NCBI GenBank assembly: GCA_003151795.1
Contig: PLYL01000006.1
Coordinates: 1 to 54,300 of the forward strand
Direction of reading: 5' to 3'
Source: Candidatus Yanofskybacteria bacterium
GTDB lineage: Bacteria; Patescibacteriota; Minisyncoccia; 2-02-FULL-40-12; GWA2-44-9
Length of the DNA stretch: 54,300 nt
Every line of letters begins with the position of its first letter. Position 1 is the first letter of the stretch. The position numbers and the translations under genes are program-made. The notes below the pieces were generated by a model. That model made no database searches. It worked only from the letters and a program-made list of their open reading frames with translations, and was not told the DNA's origin. Of the stretch, positions 48,884 to 54,300 are shown piece by piece.

Positions 48884-51103
48884 CTACCAAGTTCGGCCGA
48901 GTTTCTGGACAAAGAGTTTGGCGTCGGCTTCAAAGCTAGGATCGATTTGGGCGGTAATGTGCGCTTGGGCGATAGCATCGTCAATCCGGCCGACGCTGGC
49001 GTAAGCAGCCGCCAAAGAAGCGTGGTACTGGGGGCTGTTGGGAACTAATTTGACTAATCCTTCATATACTGTCACGAGGTGCTGGAAATCGTTGCGCTTG
49101 ATATAAATGTTGGCAAGATTTAGATAATCGTTCTCGGCTAATGTGTATCCTTTCTTAATTGCTTCATCCATGTTAACCAAGGCTTTGTCGGTCTCGCCGG
49201 CTTGCATCTCAACGGCACCGAGATACCAATATGAAATACCGACATCGGGATTAAGGTCAACCGCTTTCTGGAAGGCGACTTCAGCCTTCGGATAATCCTT
49301 TTTGTTAAGATAGGCCTGGCCGACTTCATAATAGGTGCGGACGAATGTCGGCGAATAACTCAACGCCTTTGTGGAATGCTTCAAGGCCTCGTCATTATAC
49401 GGCGAATTAGGGTCTGATTTGCCAAGAATAATGTTTAAGCGGGATAGGTATAGCTCCGGCAAATAATCTTCAGTGTTCTCCGCCGCATTTTTTTCTTCCA
49501 AAGCAATAATTTCTTTAAAAATATCGGCTACTTCCGGCGTTATTTTATTACTATTACTATAGTCCAGCAGGAACTGGGCAAATTGGTTTCGATATTCATA
49601 TCGGCCATTTCCGTCGAAGGAAACGGCATCCCGGTAAGACGCGACCGCGGCGGTGAAATCATTGTTGTAGCCCGCGATAATGCCTCGGGTCGTGGCGTAA
49701 TTGGCAATGGCCGTCCGAACATTCGTCTGATACGCCAAATAAACGGCGCCGACGATAACGATAGCACCAAGCACGAACGTTAATCCTCCGGAAACCGGCC
49801 GGCCCGTTTTTGTTTCAATTCTCGGAGATTCCGGCCGGTTCAAAAACGAAATGTAGCCCAAGGCGCTGAAGAAGACCAGAAAATTCGCCGAAGTGTCGAA
49901 TATAAACGCGTTGTGAATTATATACGCGATGACCATGGAGATAAGGCCAATGGCCGGAACGCGGAATCCAGGCTTATTTTTTAAACGCCACAGCGCCCGG
50001 AATATCACGCCAAATAACGCTAGGTAGGCCAGAAACCCAAGCAGGCCCATCGTGACGAGAATTTCGACAAACATGTTGTGAGCTCGGTCAAACATGGTTT
50101 CTGAACTGGGGCCATTAAAGAATTTGGGATTGAAATATTTTGAAAACGGAATATTAAAATTTTCCGGGCCCCAGCCGAAAATAATTCTTTGGGGGCTCTC
50201 GCTCCAGCCTTTCAAACCGGCTTGCCAAGCCCAGAACCGGGTTTGGACGGTATAACTGGAGAGGGAAAGATCGGTCACCCGGCGCAAATATTGGGAGTTT
50301 TGAACAATTGCGCTATTTTTGAAAGCAAAAGCAAACCCGACGAACAGCACAACAAAGACCAGCATGGAAATCAAGACTTTTTTAGCCAGTTTTGAATTGG
50401 TTTGGGCAAAATACAAAAAAACAAAAACAAGAAAACCAATGCTTATTCCCAAAATAGAACCGCGGACCACAGTCATAAATACCGCCAGACTCATAACGGC
50501 CGCGGAAATTAGGAAAAAATTACGCTTGCTCTTTACGGCAGCCCCGAATCCTAGAATCAGCGCCAAGAAAACATTCAGAATCTGATAGCCGGCGAAAAGA
50601 GCCGGATTGCCAATCGTGCCGAAAATACGCTCCCGACCGCCGGAACCGATAAAGAAAGCTATATTAGTTCGTTGGCCAAATCCATACAGCGCCGAGAGCA
50701 CGCCGACGCCCACTGTAATTTCTAAGAACCTGAACCAGTCGTCTTTGGTTCGAAGAACCGAAGTTAGGATGATATAAAAGATGAAATAGTGCCAGAAGCT
50801 ATAGAGGCCACCCATGCGTTCAAGGGTGCCCCAGAAACTCTGATAGACATTTATACTCGTAAACGTCGTGACAGTGAAGGCGAGCGTGAAACTAAGAAAA
50901 GCCCAAAAGAAGATGTCGCGCCGAGGTAAAAAGGACCGATCCTGCCAGATTAAGACCAGGTAGAGAGCCAGCATAATCTCAACTAGACTTCTAAAGAGAA
51001 CTATTTTCCCAAAATGAAACGGCGAAATATACTGTGAAAAAATAACCAGCGGCATAAACGCGGCCGCGTAGACGCAATACTTCAATATTTTGTGGATATT
51101 CAT
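48884..51103 (-). CDS. O-antigen-ligase-like polytopic membrane protein fused to C-terminal TPR repeats
   Basis: 739 aa. The N-terminal roughly 440 aa are multi-TM and Wzy_C-like. The C-terminal part has TPR-like repeats (AYLNKKDYPKAEVAFQKAVDLNP and others). Confidence 0.7.
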   Translation of the reverse strand: MNIHKILKYCVYAAAFMPLVIFSQYISPFHFGKIVLFRSLVEIMLALYLVLIWQDRSFLPRRDIFFWAFLSFTLAFTVTTFTSINVYQSFWGTLERMGGLYSFWHYFIFYIILTSVLRTKDDWFRFLEITVGVGVLSALYGFGQRTNIAFFIGSGGRERIFGTIGNPALFAGYQILNVFLALILGFGAAVKSKRNFFLISAAVMSLAVFMTVVRGSILGISIGFLVFVFLYFAQTNSKLAKKVLISMLVFVVLFVGFAFAFKNSAIVQNSQYLRRVTDLSLSSYTVQTRFWAWQAGLKGWSESPQRIIFGWGPENFNIPFSKYFNPKFFNGPSSETMFDRAHNMFVEILVTMGLLGFLAYLALFGVIFRALWRLKNKPGFRVPAIGLISMVIAYIIHNAFIFDTSANFLVFFSALGYISFLNRPESPRIETKTGRPVSGGLTFVLGAIVIVGAVYLAYQTNVRTAIANYATTRGIIAGYNNDFTAAVASYRDAVSFDGNGRYEYRNQFAQFLLDYSNSNKITPEVADIFKEIIALEEKNAAENTEDYLPELYLSRLNIILGKSDPNSPYNDEALKHSTKALSYSPTFVRTYYEVGQAYLNKKDYPKAEVAFQKAVDLNPDVGISYWYLGAVEMQAGETDKALVNMDEAIKKGYTLAENDYLNLANIYIKRNDFQHLVTVYEGLVKLVPNSPQYHASLAAAYASVGRIDDAIAQAHITAQIDPSFEADAKLFVQKLGRTW

Positions 51104-51179
51104 CCCGTTAGAAGTAGCCCCGCCAAGGTCCTCCGGACTCGTCCAGCCTTCGGCGGACGAGCGAGACTTCTAACGGGAT
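51102..51179 (-). repeat. type-2 start-codon-abutting hairpin element (78 nt)
   Basis: ATCCCGTTAGAAGT (51102-51115) is perfectly complementary to ACTTCTAACGGGAT (51166-51179). The element ends at the ATG (51103-51101). Confidence 0.8.
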
Positions 51180-51190
51180 TCATTGATTAT

Positions 51191-51218
51191 ATTCTACGCT
51201 CTTCAACGGCGGGGTCAA
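51191..51218 (-). promoter_or_regulatory. promoter immediately upstream of the type-2 element
   Basis: In - sense: TTGACC, 16-nt spacer, TAGAAT. The predicted start site is only a few nt before the 5' arm. Confidence 0.5.
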
Positions 51219-51240
51219 CCCCTCACTTGAAAAGCAATGA

Positions 51241-52584
51241 TTAAGTCGTCGCCGAAGGCGATTGCTTCTCAAGTGAGGGATCCAGGTGGGCCAGAAGATA
51301 AAAGAAGGACGCCAGGTGAGAAATCGTGAACCAGCAGGTAACCATGATCACGGCCCCCCAGACGCCAAAATGGCTTATCAGGTACAACCCGCCCGGAATA
51401 CCGATACCGAGCGTGATAGTGTTGATAAGAATGGAAATTTTGACCTTATTGATGGCCCGCCACATCGGCCCCAGGCCGACTCCGATACCAAGAAATGCTC
51501 CATAAATTCCCAAGCCTAGAATATACTTCACGCCGGAAATAAAATTTGCGCCATACAAAATCCGGAGCGCGATAGGCGACACGACTAGAGCCCCAGCCGT
51601 CAGTATCACCGAACCCAACAAAGAATATAGAGAAACTCGGATAAAATTTTTGCGTAACGCCCGGGGGTCTTCTTCACGCATTCGCGGTAGTTCGACGTTT
51701 AAAAGAGTGGAGATGGGCCCCATCAAACCAATCACTAAATTGACGTAGGCCAGGGAGATTTTGAAATAGGTCACTTCGGTCGTGGAAACATACAGCGCCA
51801 CCATCAATATCGGCAAAAGATTATAGAGGGTGGCAATATTCTTATCCAACGCGATCCAGGCGCTGAAACTCAAATGTTTTCTGACGTGGCCGGGACCGGT
51901 GGGAGCGATTAATTCCCGAAAGGATGGGAAGGCTATATCGCTCCGGCGGATGTGTTCCCAGACAACTATCGAGACAACCAGCATTATCAGCGCGCCCACT
52001 AAATGGCCGGTCATCGCGCCAGTAATGCCGAAGCCAAGCGCCGCCAGGGAAAGGGCCAGAATATTGCGCACGATTTGGTCAGTGAAAGTGAGCACGGCCA
52101 TTTGTTTTATCTTGCCGATGATCTGATAGGCCAAAGTCGAGAAATTCAGGAACGTGTTAGATATAAAAGAGGCAATAATCAGAATGCCCGCGTACCAGCC
52201 GATTAGAGAGTTGTGATAGATCTTTGAGGCCAAGGACGGCGCCGCCAGAGCAGCGATAACGGACAGGAAACCAATGACAAATGTCATCTTGGCCATAAAC
52301 ATAAAGGCCTCGCGAGTGGCTTGATGGTCCTGGCGGGCATGAGTCCCGCCGACTATCGTCGTGACTGCGTCTTGGACGCCCAAACTGACAATGAGCACCA
52401 GCAAGCCGGCCAAGCTGAAAGCAATCGCGTAGATTCCGAATAACTGGGGCTGGAGAAGGCGGGCGATAATGATGCCGGCCACGCCTTGGACCAGCGTGCT
52501 CCCAAAATTTCCAATTTGAAGCGTCGCGACATTTTTGACGAATCGGTTTTGACTGAAATAGGTTATATGTTCCTTTACGCTCAT
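51241..52584 (-). CDS. polysaccharide/oligosaccharide flippase (Wzx, MOP superfamily)
   Basis: 447 aa with about 12-14 TM helices. It sits in a glycan-gene context. Confidence 0.65.
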   Translation of the reverse strand: MSVKEHITYFSQNRFVKNVATLQIGNFGSTLVQGVAGIIIARLLQPQLFGIYAIAFSLAGLLVLIVSLGVQDAVTTIVGGTHARQDHQATREAFMFMAKMTFVIGFLSVIAALAAPSLASKIYHNSLIGWYAGILIIASFISNTFLNFSTLAYQIIGKIKQMAVLTFTDQIVRNILALSLAALGFGITGAMTGHLVGALIMLVVSIVVWEHIRRSDIAFPSFRELIAPTGPGHVRKHLSFSAWIALDKNIATLYNLLPILMVALYVSTTEVTYFKISLAYVNLVIGLMGPISTLLNVELPRMREEDPRALRKNFIRVSLYSLLGSVILTAGALVVSPIALRILYGANFISGVKYILGLGIYGAFLGIGVGLGPMWRAINKVKISILINTITLGIGIPGGLYLISHFGVWGAVIMVTCWFTISHLASFFYLLAHLDPSLEKQSPSATT

Positions 52585-52648
52585 CGCGGGAGATAAATTA
52601 AGACCTTATAGTAACACGGATAACGCTTACTTTCTAGAATGATTTATA

Positions 52649-52690
52649 ATCTAAAACCTCTCCGACAATATCGTCGGAGAGGTTTTAGAT
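52649..52690 (-). terminator. perfect 18-bp hairpin downstream of ORF 52708-53697
   Basis: ATCTAAAACCTCTCCGAC, a 6-nt loop, GTCGGAGAGGTTTTAGAT. There is no clear U-tract. Confidence 0.5.
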
Positions 52691-52707
52691 TAAGTTAACC
52701 TTAACTG

Positions 52708-53697
52708 TTATCGAGAATAGTTAGGAACTTGATTCACGGAAGTGTAATCGGCCCCTTTTGGATACCAGTTAAATTCTCTGGTGTTAATACAGAACACCTT
52801 CTTAAAGAAATTAGCGTCATCGGCGACGGCTTGCGCGCCGGAAGTATTAACCCAATGGAGAGTGCCTGTGTCTTCGCCGGTTACCTGGATGCCGTAAACC
52901 TTTTGGTCATTAGTTTCGCAGTTTCGGAAAAGTCCGGACGTCACCATTTTGTCCCGGTTTGCAGCAGTTATGTTTTTGACACCTTTGAATCCCCCGGTAA
53001 GCTGACCGTACATATTGAATATGGCCGGATTGAGGAATAAGCGCTTGTAGCCGTATGCGTTGGGAATATACACATCGGGATCGCTTGAACCGGGAGAGCT
53101 AATAGTATCGCCTTCTTTCAAACCTATGGCCGACAAGCTGGCAAATCCACGTGATTCCGGGGTGACCAAGTTGGACACGACCGGTGTACTCGTTGGAGTC
53201 GGAGTAACAGTCGGGGTCGGAGTCACTGAAGATGTCGGGGTTGGGGTAGGGGTAACATAATAGCCACCACCACCGCCGCCACCTGATGAGCCACCACCGC
53301 TACCTGAAGAGCACTGAATAATCTGAGTATTCGGCGTCACGGTGACAACGAGACTCGTGGCTGAAGTCAAGGTTAACGAACTCACTCCATTAATACATGT
53401 GCTTGAGAATGTTGTACCTTGGTCGGTATCCAATCGATGATGATCGGGTGATGTGACGGTAAAGGTTTCTCCGGTATTGATTGTAACGGCAAAGGAGGTC
53501 GTATTGACGGTAACGGAATCCGCGTCAGAACCGCCGGATATAGTATACGTAGCGCCAGTGCCGGACAAGAAGATGGATGTGTCTTGAGGGAAATACGCAT
53601 TCCCGACCGCATAAGCACTTCTAACGCTACCCAAGAGAATCATACTGAACAGAGCAAGGCACAACAACCCATATTTTAGATATCTAGTAATTATCAT
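52708..53697 (-). CDS. secreted protein with a Gly-run and a Thr/Pro linker
   Basis: A signal/TM N-terminus, then SSGSGGGSSGGGGGGGYYVTPTPTPTSSVTPTPTVTPTPTSTP, and a C-terminal globular domain. Confidence 0.5.
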   Translation of the reverse strand: MIITRYLKYGLLCLALFSMILLGSVRSAYAVGNAYFPQDTSIFLSGTGATYTISGGSDADSVTVNTTSFAVTINTGETFTVTSPDHHRLDTDQGTTFSSTCINGVSSLTLTSATSLVVTVTPNTQIIQCSSGSGGGSSGGGGGGGYYVTPTPTPTSSVTPTPTVTPTPTSTPVVSNLVTPESRGFASLSAIGLKEGDTISSPGSSDPDVYIPNAYGYKRLFLNPAIFNMYGQLTGGFKGVKNITAANRDKMVTSGLFRNCETNDQKVYGIQVTGEDTGTLHWVNTSGAQAVADDANFFKKVFCINTREFNWYPKGADYTSVNQVPNYSR

Positions 53698-53709
53698 GAA
53701 TGGTACAGT

Positions 53710-54300
53710 TTAACGGCAACTCGTGGTGCTGATGAGGAAGTGCGCTGACCCGGCGCTGTTACTGGCAGAAGCAGTAGCGCCAGTTCCGATACGAATATAG
53801 ACATTGGCTCCATTCTGATCTCTCATCTGGAGACACGTACCCTTAAAAGAGCCGCCAAAGAGAACACTGGTGCTGGCAGTAGTGCTCGGGCTCTTGAATT
53901 CAGCGGTATATGCCGTGCCTCCGGCGCTTGTGCTTGAAACCGGTCCACCAATTACAATCCTAGAAGCCGAGGCATAGCCACCCGCTTCAAAGTTAGTAGA
54001 AAGAGAAGCGTTAGTACCAGACAATCGAGAGCTTAGAGTAGTCACGCCGGTAACTGTGAAGGCACCGCCTACGCTCGCATAGCCGACCGCTTCAAAGTTG
54101 GTAGAAAAAGAAGCGCCAGTACCGATAAGGTTCGCGCTCAACGTGGTAACTCCGGTTACGGCCATTGTGCCAGTCGTTGAAAGGTTAGTCCCAACCGTAC
54201 TGGCCGCCATCACCGCACCATAAACGACGAACATGCTCAACGCCACGACCAGGGCGAGAGTTAAAACACTATACTTTTGGGACTTATATACATTGTAACA
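53710..54300 (-). CDS. Ser/Thr/Gly/Ala-rich surface-type protein with an internal repeat of about 35 aa (5' end may lie beyond the window)
   Basis: The reading frame stays open to the window edge. The repeats are VTGVTTLSANLIGTGASFSTNFEAVGYAS and VTGVTTLSSRLSGTNASLSTNFEAGGYAS. Confidence 0.4.
   Translation of the reverse strand, partial: CYNVYKSQKYSVLTLALVVALSMFVVYGAVMAASTVGTNLSTTGTMAVTGVTTLSANLIGTGASFSTNFEAVGYASVGGAFTVTGVTTLSSRLSGTNASLSTNFEAGGYASASRIVIGGPVSSTSAGGTAYTAEFKSPSTTASTSVLFGGSFKGTCLQMRDQNGANVYIRIGTGATASASNSAGSAHFLISTTSCR

Overview
The window is 54.3 kb of compact bacterial chromosome, and nearly all genes are on the - strand. By inference it comes from a small-genome, CPR/Patescibacteria-like organism. 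All product calls come from reading motifs by eye; no database search was possible.

Backbone genes (about 47-50% GC in lines I hand-counted): lon, a LOG-family protein, a beta-CASP MBL hydrolase, a presenilin-like protease, murE, femX-like, ruvA, uvrB, rpsT, ftsW-mraY-dac, aspS, tRNA-Lys(UUU), an HD dNTPase-like protein, a VirD4/TraD-like ATPase with a membrane partner, secDF, secA, hpf and an envelope-glycan set (sugar-phosphate transferase, two O-antigen-ligase-like proteins, a flippase).

The backbone is mosaic:
- AT-rich islands (about 28-40% GC): a type II R-M pair plus DUF3892; a GIY-YIG/TrpR-like/FemX/GIY-YIG cassette; pepF plus ASCH.
- Many GC-rich (about 55-57%) self-contained minigenes, each with its own near-consensus promoter, strong Shine-Dalgarno (SD) and intrinsic terminator.

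Main observations:
1. A family of long imperfect palindromes (72-139 nt) lies in the 5' regions of - strand core genes. Five of them end exactly at the ATG, and two fill the entire stop-to-start gap. They share one architecture and show compensatory changes between copies. The genes they precede lack an SD.
2. Several other core genes have an ATG only 6-13 nt after a -10 box, so they look leaderless or nearly so.
3. A duplicated promoter/RBS/3'-box expression cassette drives a small Cys/His ORF and an orphan ClpP-like peptidase. The two units are separated by a perfect 44-bp palindrome.
4. Allele replacement has left remnants: a femX 5' stub and a second, out-of-frame SecA zinc-finger tail.

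No rRNA, CRISPR array, transposase or integrase was seen.
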